Shown: positions 14,655 to 27,811 of the stretch, one piece after another
How the letters are laid out: each line of letters opens with the position of its first letter
Numbering within the stretch: the first letter of the stretch is position 1
Assembly (NCBI RefSeq): GCF_964204865.1
Contig: NC_135263.1
Location: 12,524,001 to 12,588,000 of the forward strand
Source: Styela clava
Lineage: Eukaryota
Direction of reading: 5' to 3'
Length of the DNA: 64,000 bases
Notes under the pieces: generated by a model
Told to the model about the DNA's origin: nothing
Seen by the model: the letters and a program-made list of their open reading frames with translations, nothing else
The model's database searches: none
Translations under genes and position numbers: made by a program

Positions 14655-15295
14655 CAGTGCTCTTCTACATGGGTTCCGCAACGCATGCAGTGGGGTTCCG
14701 TGAGTTTATAGGGTTCCTTGTTCCGCGTAAAGGAAAAAATGACTGCTGGGCCAGTAAAGTTGCAAAAAATGATTATTCTTCTTTTCCATTTTTGGATGAA
14801 TTTCTAAGTGCGCAACAGCAAGAAGGACTCCTAGATATCCGTAATGATATTAATTCTGAGGAAACCTTCGAAAAAAATGGGAAGGAATATTTTTGGATTT
14901 CTCTTCACAAAGAGGGTACAGCAATTGCAAAAATGCATTAAAACTTCTGTGTCAATTTCCCAATACCTATTTGTGTAAATCAGCATTTTCTGCTTTAACA
15001 ACTATTAATAACAAAAAAGAAGTTGTTTGAAGAGTGTAGACACCAGTATGAGAATTGCTTTGAGCGCCGTGGAGCCACGATTCAAGAAGATTGCAAAGAA
15101 AATGCAAGAACAACCTAGTCTTTGAATTTCACGCTTGTTACCTTCTTTCTGTTTCGTTGATGAGATGGAAATATTTGAATTACAAATATTCCGTGTTACG
15201 AGTATTTCGTGTTTTATTTTTGTTATTTGGAGTTCCATAAAAAACGAAAAATGATATCAGGGGTTCCGCAATAACAAAAAGATTGAAGAGCACTG
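14655..15295 (+). mobile_element. Internally deleted hAT (Buster/ZBED5-like) element with a C-terminal dimerisation-domain relic
   Basis: TIRs CAGTGCTCTTC / GAAGAGCACTG. Perfect TSD ATCTAGGT (14647-14654 and 15296-15303). Frameshifted relic FWISLHKE…ALKLLCQFPNTYLCKSAFSALTTINNKKRSCL…MRIALSAVEPRFKKIAKKMQEQPS. Confidence 0.9.
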
Positions 15296-15301
15296 ATCTA
15301 G

Positions 15302-17053
15302 GTGATTCCCAAAGTGGGCGATATCGCCCCCGGTGGGCGATAACGCTACAGAGGGGGGCGAAAAAGTCGAAGGGGGCGATTTTTAGAAACCTGTTTTTGT
15401 TCGGCGCATCGTGCACTTGATTACTGTACTCTGCGTGCTTTCGTATGTTTGAATCACGTAGGCGATTATCACACGCGAAAGGAGTGCTGGACTCGACTTC
15501 GCAGTAAGATACGGTCGTTTCCGTATCCCAGTGGTCGGCAAAATACGGCTGCCGAAGTAAAATAATCAGGCCCAGGACGCTCCACTGAATGGACCGTTCC
15601 CCGACCTTTGCCCCGGAAAATTTTTCCTATACTTTACCATTTTAAAATTTTCGGTGCGTATTTTAAGAGTGGTTTTGCGAGTTGTTGCCTGTAAAACGGG
15701 GTATTTGTTTCAAACTATCATTCTAATTCATATCACTCTAGAATCTGTTTTTTTATAAGTACCAGTAAAGAATTTAAGCCTAGTCCATCAAAGATATTTC
15801 TACACCAAATTTTTGCCTACTGTAAATAAACTGAAACTTCTGGGGAGACAAAGTGATCATTGGCTTCCGATAAATTTCCGAAAAACAACTAAAAACTAAC
15901 GAATATAATTCAAAAACGCCAAAATGAGGTAATTTTCACGCCACGCCTGAAAATCTGTCTGAGTGAGAAATGTGTCTGATGCAAAAGGGAGCATTGTTAT
16001 GTTTATTTTTGCATCTTGCTGAATGGCCAATGTCACGAAGTAAACAAGGAAGTCTATGCCCGTGGAAACATCCAAACGGCGGTTTTGGCGATGAATCAAT
16101 TTTATTTACAATCTACGCTCGAGGAGTAAATTACATTTTTTTATGAACAGAATTTATCGTGAGGCACGTTTAGACAAAATTTTATTATATCCTTAAAATT
16201 ATATTAAACAGCTTCTCGTTTAACGAGCCTATAATTCAATTATAATTAGACAATAGGAAACACGCAGAAAAGTTGATGCTGAGTGCAGGGGTTCAATAGC
16301 GCAGTAAATATTAGAATATATTGCAATGCAATAAGGAAATAAAATTCATATTCTATTCGAGGGATTCATCACTGCTTAATTTTTGTAAGAATGTATCTTC
16401 TTAAAAGAAAATCTTCATCAACATTTGACAAACCATGCGTTCGATGTTTGGAAGTACATATGTGTGCGAACAATTATTTTCGAAAATGAACATTACAAAG
16501 AACAAGCTAGAACTAGGATTAGTGATGCCCATTTAGAAAATCTTCCAATCTGGCGTCGTAAAGCTATCAAGCGTGATGCAGCAACAAGACAGTGTCACAT
16601 TAAACGTCATTGTAATAATTTTTCAATAAGACGATTATATGCGACCCGCAAAAGATTAGCAACCCTAAATGTAAAAAGGGGTGAATTTAGGGAGTTAAAT
16701 GCTATAAGGCAAGAGTACACAGCGGTTTTTGAGGAGGTAGAACCCTGGATCTTTTATTTCCGACCGCTAATATGATGAGGGCTTTTCAGCTGTGCTACTA
16801 TTGCTATCAAAACAACGAAATCGCCTTTCCATCAGTAAACAGGGTAATTTTAGATAATATAAAAAACTCGCTGAAGAACACCAAGCTCATCCATCTCATC
16901 AAAAAATACTATAAACTATGATTTGTCTCATTATTCGGTCTGTAATATATTCATTTCAGACTTTACATTTTTTTCGCAGTGCCGGGGGGGGGGCGATGAA
17001 CTTGTATAAACTACTGTAGGGGGGCGATGGTAAAAAAAGTTTGAATACCACTG
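15302..17053. mobile_element. Second non-autonomous hAT-like element abutting the first, with another TIR start at about 15529
   Basis: Left end GTGATTCCCAAAGTGGG and right end AAAGTTTGAATACCACTG, with GGGGGCGAT subterminal motifs at both ends. Internal CAGTGGTCGGCAAA. Confidence 0.6.
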
Positions 17054-17557
17054 AATTTATTTTATTCTAGCCTACATAACGAACAAAAATATTTTTTCAA
17101 TAACATTTAAAGGTGTCCATCACTCCAATTCCGATCTTAAAATTTTGATAGTTAGTTCTCTAAATTTATAGCTCTTATTTGACTTGCACAATCAGTGTTC
17201 TATACGAGCCGACATGTAGAAATAAATGAATATTTTATAACTGAGATAAAGCTCAATATATCGGCTGATGATAGAATCATTCATAATACTTCAGTTAGCT
17301 TGTCTCGAGATTCTAATCAAGTATGCATTGGCATACTTTTCCGGAATATTATATCATGCAATAACTGATAATTATATTGATGAAACATTATTGCTCATAT
17401 TGCAATTTCTATTACTAATATATAACTATTGTTTCCGTTCGTACATAACCGAAAACATCCTCTGCGTGATATCCATAGTACTACTAGCTATAATGACTAA
17501 TGTATATCAAACAGCTAAGATTTCTGGGCACAACAGTAAACCAGACAAACACAACGC

Positions 17558-18390
17558 CAGGGGTCGGCAAAACTGCGGATCAAATGCGGACCGTGAGCTA
17601 ATTTGTTGCGGCTCTCGAACGACCCGACATTTAATACATAAAACCAAATATGATTCTAAATTTATTATTGCCTCTACACGGATTTATGTGGTAACAAGTG
17701 CTGATGTACGGTGCTTGTTTTGTAATAAGTAGTGTTGGTTGTATATCGTTCGAGTTAATTTTGATTTTTAAAAATTAAAAATGTCTGGGAAACGGAGCGA
17801 CGAGGGTCGAGCATTCCAAAGCGCTTGGACGGAAAAATGTTTTTATTTCTTGCACATTCCTAAACCGGTTTGCTCGATATGCCCAGTCAGCATTGCAGTT
17901 GTTAAGGGTTTTGATGTTAAACCGTAAATATATACTACTACGTTACGGAACGAGTGAGTCGTCGAAAATTCGACCCCAAGACCCGGGACTGCGCCATAGC
18001 TCATCTATGCGTTAGTGCAAAAGGTGTAATGTGCACGGTCGGAAGAATATATGGCATTGAGCAGCTTTATCTCAAATGCATTACACTTAGAATAAATTTC
18101 GTCGTACTCGCCTGTCAGATCATCATTTGGACGACAGGTTGCCATAAAAACATCAGATAATAAGTAGATAAAAACAATGTATTGTTGGATAATATATTAA
18201 AAAACGCCACGTACACATCCCATTGTGGCAGGCTTTCAACACAGCAATAGAAGCGCAACAATGCGAATGCGTTATTGAAGTTCAATTAATGTAGCGATTG
18301 TTTGAAGGCGTAAATAGAAATATTGCGGCCCGCGCGCTACCGGAAATGTGTATATTTGGCCCGCAAGTACATGAAGTTTGCCGACCATTG
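17558..18390 (+). mobile_element. Internally deleted hAT (SPIN/GTF2IRD2-like) element
   Basis: TIRs CAGGGGTCGGCAAA / TTTGCCGACCATTG. TSD cacaacgc/cacaacac. N-terminal relic from 17781: MSGKRSDEGRAFQSAWTEK…KPVCSICPVSIAVVK. Confidence 0.8.
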
Positions 18391-18763
18391 CACAACACTA
18401 TTGAGCAGCATGTCTGACTTCATAAACAATTGCCATGTCAGTATGTCGCAATAATGCTGGGTCAATTGTTTTCTCTACGCCCATATAAGAATCCGAATAA
18501 GATCTTCCCAACAAAATGATACAGGCATTGTTAACTTTCCCGAAATCTTAATAATGTGAGGCCTGGTTTTCAATATTGATAACTACAAAAACGAAATATC
18601 GAAGTAGGGTGGATGTAAGAAACACGTTACGTGTGTCAATGTCGACCATATCTCGAATATGGGAACAGTTAATGGCCATCAAACAAATACAGATATCGCG
18701 TTAAATAGCATCAATTTCATAATGCATTTAATTTATTGCATAGGCTTAGTTCGTTTGTATAAA

Positions 18764-18829
18764 GGTGGTCCGCCAAGATTTTGGTCAGACTTTACCGGTC
18801 CGTCACTTGAAAAAGGTTGCCGACCATTG
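18764..18829. mobile_element. Solo hAT terminus fragment
   Basis: GGTCCG subterminal motifs followed by AAAAAGGTTGCCGACCATTG. Confidence 0.5.
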
Positions 18830-19784
18830 AGTTAGACTATGCAAACGTTAATATATTATTTGGCCACAGCATGGCATGATTAAAATTTATATAGAAACAA
18901 GCATTGATATTTTCGGTAAGGTCAAACGAAACCATACATCCGAGATTTTTATCAGCCTGAACACGATAACATACATTCTCTAAATACTATTAAACTATAT
19001 ATATATATATATATAACTTCTTTTAATCAATCACACTTTATATCACATTATAACAAAACTTGGCAACCTTCCTGCCGCATATCGTTAACACGTCACTTGG
19101 CATTTGAATACTATATAGATTAGTAGCTGCCAATATTGTACACGATCGATTTCAACGCCATGTAGCAACGGTAATTATCAAAACTTTGCATGCTTGTCAA
19201 TACAGTTCAGTATGGCTGACTAATAATTCTCTGACACGAGCATATACCTATTATTTTAAAATGTCATAAACAGAAGTGCATATCACTCTAAAAGCCTATT
19301 GAACATAAATATCATTAATTTCCATACTTGGAGCGAATTGAACACGTACGTAATCAATTTCCATACTTCGAGGTTGCAACAGTCCGAATACCAGTCTCCA
19401 TATTGTTTCGCTCTTCATTTTAAGTTATTTGTAGGCTCATGCTCATATCTTCACTTTATAAAATCGTTACAAATAATAACAATAAAATGTGACACCTAAC
19501 TTCAAATCGTGTCACACAATCGGCGGAAAATTTTTCACGAAAAAATCTGCCCAGTTGTGATAAGATTTCATTTCTTTCACTCATTTCCCTAAGGAGTTCC
19601 CACGTGTTCTTCCAAGAGTTTAACATTAGTTAACAATTGCTTTCAAAAGTTTCGGCATAATGAAATTTTTAACACTCTACCTGTACGTCCATGAATCAAA
19701 GTTTCAACCCTCCAATCCTTGTGTCAACTGCCACATGACGACGTTGCCATTATCACCTCAATATTTTATGATTTCCCTATAGAT

Positions 19785-19882
19785 CAGTGCTTCTCTAACT
19801 TTTTAAGACGCGCCCAATTTTTAGAATTTGTCAAGTCTCGCGCCCCGTTTGTGGCGTGTACCCCACTGTTTGAAAACCACAG
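19785..19882. mobile_element. 98-bp hAT MITE
   Basis: Imperfect TIRs CAGTGCTTCTCTAAC / GTTTGAAAACCACAG. TSD ctatagat/ttatagat. Confidence 0.7.
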
Positions 19883-22390
19883 TTATAGATACTGACATAA
19901 CAGCCATATCGATATGATAGGAGTTTGCAAATGATTCTAATAATTATGAAGTTGTCATAGTTTCGAAACATATATATTCACACGTTGTAATTAATACGAG
20001 TGAGTGTGTCGAACACCGCGATGAATTGTACAGTAACAGTTTGTTGATTGAAAATTTGAAATGATAAAATTTGGCGAGAATAATTCGATTTATTCCGTCT
20101 CTACTGTTGAGTGAGTGTAATCTTTCACTAATGAGTGAATAATCGTCATGGTCTCTTTTATGGCAACATTCCAAGTCGAGTTGGGCAAACTTTGAAAAAC
20201 TATTTAGACTCTCTAAACTGAAAAGTGCATTTTGAATTTTACCTTACCGTGAATCTTGCCCGATTGCGAACGCTCTTATCCGCAAATATAGGAGCATTGC
20301 ATAAGATAAATTCTGTCGTTTCTGCCTTTTTATGCGGTCGTATATAATTGCTGTATTTACATATGAATATTAATTGGATAATCGAATTGAATTATTCAAA
20401 AGGGTGTTCAGAAATTATTAGCAATACGGAAAATTAAACTCCTGCTCTACGTCAGAGATTATTACCCGTTCAGATCAAGCCGATATTGCTGCATGGTAAA
20501 GCATGTCGCTGCAGGACAGCTTAACTATATTTAATGCTGAACAAAAAAAACTTCTTTAATGTATATATCATATAGATAAATAATTACGTGAACTAACAGC
20601 ATTTTTGTATATTGATATTACTATGCTCATTACTTTCTGGTCAAATACAATAAATTTCAACAAATTATCATAAACTTCCGCGTGCAATATCTCAAGAGTC
20701 TTACTTCCTTGGATCCACATCCGGGAATTCAGCACAATATAAGTTAGATAAAATTCTCAAACTGACTAATTCAAGCACTTAAAAGTGGTATAGTAGGTGG
20801 CAAGTTTGTTTCCCCCGTTCATATTGAACTGGTACCTCACCCGAATAGCCTCATCTGGTTTACGTCACTGGACTGCTGTGACCTCAGCTTGGAACTGACC
20901 AAATATGTATGAACCGGTATACCATTATACCTGTAAACCTATCTGAATACATGATAATTGAATAGTACATATATAAATTTGTTTTGTCTAGAGTCTAAAA
21001 CTCATTGTCCCTTCTCACTTGCGAGTTTTACAAAGAATACGATTTGGGAGTACAACATCTGTCCATTGTGCTTATAGATACAATATATATATCCATTATC
21101 GAGACATCTCGTTATTTCTGAGTATTGATCACGAACGTTCTGCCAAAATATTGAGAAAACTTGAAATCAATACATATCATTGGGACTGGCTTTGTATATC
21201 AATTTCAATTTTCGTTGCCAAAATAAGACGTGTTATTCTATATTTGACACATTGCCCTTATCACCTTGACTAATTCGACACAGGACAATAAATCAACCTG
21301 AACACCAAACGCTTCTATGGTATTTGGTATGGTTTAGGGACTGTTTCAATATTCTATTCCAAACCTTTTTTATATAGCTATGTATAGTAACAGACACAAG
21401 TAACGAAATAACTCATTTAACTTTGAAAGTATGATACGTTACGGTTACGACTTACGAGAATGTACCAGTTGTACCATATGAAAATTGCTATAGTTAACTT
21501 GGAAGATTAAATAGCTGAGTCTTTCAGTTATTTGTTGGCTACATATGATGGGAACTACTACCTGTTTCAAGAAAGATAACGTATGCTGTTAATGGTATAA
21601 TGTCCAGTCTTGGCAACTAATATATATGCATTGTAACATTCATTATAAGATTCCTAAACCCTCAAATACTCCCGTTTGGATTTAATACAAGTAGATTACA
21701 CAAATCTCATTCTTGATTAAGGGGATTGATTTTACGAACTTGTAAGTGCTTTCAGATATAATACACGTATCTGGCGAATCATTTCAATATAAAATCTTTA
21801 ATACGTGCTTTTTGTATATCATTTCCGCTATAAACCTTTATAAATAATAGTGAAAAAATTACAGATCGCACAAAGCAAAAAAGTATCGCAATTTTGAATT
21901 TTATTTCCAAAAATTGCTAGTTGGAAAATACTTGAGCAGTGTATCACTTTTAATATAATTATTTGTCGTTTTTACTTACAGACTTTTAAACGAGCGAAGG
22001 GTGCCAGAGCTTACAACACTTCTTAGTCTTTGTTTTCCTCGTAATAATCCTTCTATAATCCTAATAATGAAATTTCGCCGGGAAGTCAACGAGCCTGAAA
22101 CACGTGAGTCAACATGAATAAATTATATGATCTGGAATAACATGCGGCGCATTCGTGTGTAGTGTTTATTATTCATATCATTGTTGATTGTATTCAATAA
22201 TATATATGTTATATAAGAATAAATTATTCAAAAAGAAAGATTATAGTAGTATCAGGAAACTCTATTCCGGCTCTATTTATTCTTCCGTCAATTTCAGAAA
22301 AATTATATCGCATCGTAGGGTTATTTGGACGAAAGCTCGATTCGTGCCTTGCTCCAAAGCAATTGACTTGCGGTACAATCAAATTTTTAT

Positions 22391-22616
22391 GGCGTTCCCG
22401 TATTATGTTAACCAAGATGGCGGACACCGGAATGTAATATGTGTACTAAGTTAGGACATAATTTTATTCCGATTTTTCTTGTTTTAGTTCTATTACGAGT
22501 TCGACGACTAGCCAAGTGACTCCCGTAGTATTTGTATCTGAAATTATGACCTAATCCTAACCTGGTACGCATACTACGTTCCGGTGTCCGCCATCTTGCC
22601 ATACTACATGAGTATC
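22391..22616. mobile_element. Fold-back MITE related to the 13121 element (Merlin/MULE-like)
   Basis: Long inverted arms containing CAAGATGGCGGACACCGGAA / TTCCGGTGTCCGCCATCTTG. Perfect 8-bp TSD ATTTTTAT (22383-22390 and 22617-22624). Confidence 0.8.
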
Positions 22617-25600
22617 ATTTTTATTTCAAAATTGCTTTTTGCATTACTGATTAAGTCATAGCAAATTTTACGGGGAAATGGTAGACGAAATCTGCAAGCA
22701 AGTTACTTCAGAAGTCAGGAATTGAAGAAATTCATCGTACATGAATACAATTGTGGTAACTTTATCGCATTTGGTTAATATATAAAATAGTAACATATAT
22801 GTATTAAATCTATTGTTGTTTTATTTTTGACGTCGTTTTTTTACTCTCGTATTAAGCGCTTTTCTGCACATGCTCTTTTGTCTACATAAATAAGAATAGA
22901 TATTGTTCCGCGCTATCACCAAACTTGTAAACGCGGCAAAATTCCTCCTTCTTCAAATGTTTTTGTTTTGTGAGTCAGATATTCCTTTCTAATCGTTTGT
23001 ATAGAATGAAGTTGAGAAAAATCTCAGCGATTTAGTGTCGAATATCTTGTAACAAAATCGGCCCACTTTTGCCGAGGTGTTTTGGATAAAAGTAACCCAG
23101 ATATCCGCCTTCGGAGAAATGCATAATTTATGTTAATTTCGCGAACGTGCCGCTTTTATTCGTATCATATGATTTACATAGTGTAGATATCCGAACTAAT
23201 GGACTGTTTTGTTAATTTTAGGTAAAATAAGTATCTAATATATAATTCTGTCATACACACCATTTTCAGTGTTAGGTGGGTCCGAGTGCGTCCCAAGTCG
23301 ACCCCGAGCGTAGGCAGCTCAAAATGGGGGGGGGGGCGGATTTTTTTCAATACGCTCACTCAAAACTTTCTCTCCAAGCAAAGCCGGCTGCCACTGATAC
23401 ATCTCTAACGATATCTTAAAGAATCTCTCCGCTGACTAACTTCCTTGTCGAAGTTGTCCGCTCGGTCGTTTCATTTGGAGGAAGAATTGATAGTACGTCG
23501 AAAATCGTCGGGTTATCAGCGAATTGCTCCCCAATAGAACGAAATCGCTTTTCAAAATTTTTTGGGGATTGGAGAGGGAGGAGATGCATTCCCCCCACCC
23601 CATGACTACACCCATGCGTACTACTAGATCTTCATCAATCTCCTCGAAAATACATGCCCAGTATGTCTAAGTCAATTGAAGTAAAAAGAGTATATTATAA
23701 ACTCATTGTAAATACCGACTAGTTGTTAGTGCAAACTATTTTACACATGAAAAATGATATCTTACATACAGAAGACAACAATATAAATCAATCAAGCTTG
23801 GAGATGTGGTATTCTATAGAAAAAGACCACATTCTCGACCATGATCAATGGATAATCCGATGATACAAAAACCATACTGCTGTAAAAAGAATTGTGTAGA
23901 AAAAGATTGAAGAAAATTTATGGCACATACTGTGCTATTATTAAATTATGCTTGACCATAGATAGGCAATGCCTATGCCACCAAGTTCACCCTCAACTCT
24001 AGGACACTGCCTATACATGGCCATAAAAAATTCAATAATAAGGGGTAGCAAAAGACACAAGCCATAGAAAAAGGTGAGGCATTAGGAATACTGAAGAAGA
24101 TGCAATATTATCAATAGTTTATCATTGTATCAAGTATGAAAGTACGAAAAGGAATGGAACGTTTTTGGATCAAATAGTATTCACAAATTAAAAAATTTTC
24201 AAAATTAAGAAGTAAAAACATGAAAACGTAGTATTGATTTTAGCTTATCTTAAAAATAGCAAAAGATGGGAGATGTATATCAGATAGAAACAGTCAATTG
24301 TAGAGGAGGCGAAATGTGCTAAAATCAGTAAAAATTGATGCTATCATAATGTAGCAGACAGAGTAGTAGAATATTGTAGTGGATATCTTATCATTACACT
24401 GATAACCTACCCGATTATAAATTTTTAACCATGCCCAAGATAAGAAAGTTCAACCAACTACACACCTGTAAGTGGTCAAATTTTTGACACAAATAAAATT
24501 CCTAACAAAATATGGAAAACTTAAAAAAAGCTGATTTTTGTAATTGATACGAACCATGGCAAATCTTCATCGATAATAATATACACTTTGTACAATTGCA
24601 AAAATTGGTGTATTTAGGGAAAGGTCAGTTAGTTTTATGTGAATATACATTCTCAATATCCTAGTAACAAGAAAAGGGTGTTGGATTATCATACAGGCTG
24701 TAGTTTGTCATATGATTGAGCCGTCTTATCCGCATTGATAAATATGAAAATCCTTATCTGGAAAATTTGACTAGCTAAAGGATATACATTTTAAACCACC
24801 AAATGCGTATTTACTGATAATGGTGGTAGGTAAAACAGTTAAATTTTACACATATTGATCAGATTAGGATGACATTACACTTCTAGCCTGAGTATAGATA
24901 TATAATAAACCCTGAAAAACAACTCATTGTATCAAAGTATATAAAAAACAAACAATAGTACTAAATACATCATTCAATCAATATACATTGCATTAAGAAA
25001 TTCTACACTATTTCATGTGTCCAGATAAAAAATGATTACCGGTATTAATTACACTGAACTGATGCCAAAACTATTTGACTGAGCATAAACATGCAGAGTC
25101 TGTATAACCAAATAGTTTTAGGGAGAGCAAGTGTCAAGTCCAATTTTCGCCGAGTTGCTTCACTGTAAGATATTGACTGAAATATATGCTTTATATGTGC
25201 CATATCAATATATATGATAACAGACTTATTATGATAAAAGTTCATTAGAAAAAAATTGCTATTCCTTCAAAGTAAAAAAAAGTCAGACACTGCAAATTAT
25301 AGGTATATATATATATATATCCACCTATTTCATTATATTAAGAACTTATTTATTGGCGTTTGAATATTCAAAAACTACATTAATTTTCACCCATACTTTT
25401 GACCTGTAGTCGATAAACTGCGGCCCAAAAACAAATTTTTTGCGACTCTCAAACACCTCACTTTAGATGTATAAAACAAAAATTGTTCATACATTTATTA
25501 TCATCACACAAATGTATGTTGTTTGTTTAGTAGTAATTAGCGTGAGTGAAAACATGTGTTGGTTCGTGCCACTAATTTAGACCCTTTTTCTTATGCATTT

Positions 25601-27811
25601 CTGTATTATTTACTATTGCTAAGCAGTAAGCATTAATATTATTAAACTGAGTTTACAGCATACCATATATACCATAACAAAATTAAACCTAAAAATGGTT
25701 TGAAATTCATATCTATTAAACTAAACAATGTATTAAAAACAAGCTTTCTACCTAAAAAAATTTTTGATAAAAAAATATGAATTTTTTTCTAAAACAAGAT
25801 ATAGAAATGATCTAAAACCACATATCATGGCAAGCTATAGCTAACTAGATTACTAATAACGAGTTTGATAAAATATTTTGAAATTTTTCTGAACAGCACT
25901 GATTAAGTCAATCACAATTGATAATCGAGAAGTACTCTTATTAAGAACTATTGAATGCTATAAAATTATAGCTAATTTAAATAGGTAGTTATATTGAATA
26001 AATACGCAAATTTTGGCTCAGTCGAAAATCGAATAAAGAATTTGCTTAGCTTTATTGACCTTGGCATGAAAATGGTGACCAAGTAAACAAAAAGTTCCTT
26101 CATGTAAATGTTAATTATTTTTTACATTTAGACTTTTTCCAAATTTTAAAAAATTGTATAAATAAATCTATATTTTCAAGGTAGCGAAATTGGACAAAAT
26201 TTCCATCTTAGGCGATTCAAGTTTAAGGATTCAGCTAAAATCTTTTTCAAATAATCTTACCAAATATCCATTTTACCTCTCATTCTTCCATGAATTTTAA
26301 TCTATTTCTTACTTTACACATTTACTCTAACAGCAAATTTTGTTCCATCATAAAAAAACGAGTCAAAAATGAATAAAAAAACTTTGTTTTGTAAAATCCC
26401 AAATTACTATATTTGCTTCATTTTACCACACCTTGTGATTACAAACCTGCTTTTATAAAAAAAAATCAGCAGCAAAACCTTGAAAATATACAAAAATGTG
26501 AAAAAGGAAACAATTCTTGGAAAACGAAATATTGGGAGTAAAAAAAAATTCAAGTCCTCTGAGATGAAAATCAAAAATTTGATCATATTCTTAAGCTTAA
26601 TCACAGTGAGAAGTATAATGTCCGAGTCAGAAAATATTTACATATCCATGGCCGTGTATAATCCACAGATAAATCGTGCCATTTAAGCAAGATTAACCAT
26701 AAATCAAGCTTGGAAATAATTTCTGACAGGGAAGTTTAAAAAAAACAGCTATCACATTAGAAATACATTAAACCTTACATGTTTACTTTGTCCAGGTATT
26801 GTCGATCATGCATGGTCCCACAATGCCATATGGTATTTATCATCACCCCAAAATTGAAATGCGTAAAAAACTTGAAAAAAATGGATAACAAGTTTAGATT
26901 TCCATTCCACCAAAAAATATTGTATCGCAATATAACTTGAAAAAAGTTCATTTTATAAGTTCATAGGAATTGAGATCAAAATTTGAAGAAAACATTTTCC
27001 TTCAAATGTGGACGAACAGATTGATTATATTCTCAATTCCGGCAAATTTCACTTTATCAATGTGTTATTTTGCTTTAAAAAGTCACTTCCTTTCCAACTA
27101 TGAGCAAAGTTATTGTCAGTGATAAAGTAATAGTTCCATCCAGTAGACTACATTGCTTCTACGCAATTCCCAAAATGGTAAACACAAATAGTATTTCATA
27201 TCAAACAATGTACACCAGGAGAAAATTGGAGTCATTCTTGCAATCTACAGCTCATATTTCTAATCCTACAATTTTATTTTGCATATAGCAAGATTTGGAA
27301 GAAAACTGAAGTCAGGTACAAGACTAGATATTACTACTTAACTACTAAATCAGAGGTATAAAATATATAAACGAGTATGGGGCTGCATTATGGTAATTTA
27401 CGAGATACACCTTTTTCTATAGTACATAAAGCAGCTGCTAAATTAGTTAATTTATATAAGTTATAGAAGCCTATGAAGCAGACAATTGAGGTGCAGTTTT
27501 TCTTTTTTCGCGGGTTTTAGAATGAATCAAATTTGAAATATAAATTTTGAGCTCTTGAAAATTGAAAATGAATTTTGACAGTAACTTAAAACACCTAGCG
27601 CAAGAATCAATTTTTGAGAAAATTAAGATATTTCACAGTCGCAACTCGCGAGTTTGGGTCAGAGTGAAACGTATGTTGGAAATGTTTGGTTTTGGATAGC
27701 TGGAATTTGGGAGTATGATAGTATATCATCCTAAAATCGAAATATTACAGGAACTGATAGAGTCTATGTTCCAGATAAATAAAAATTCTTAGATACCGGA
27801 CAGCGCAAACA

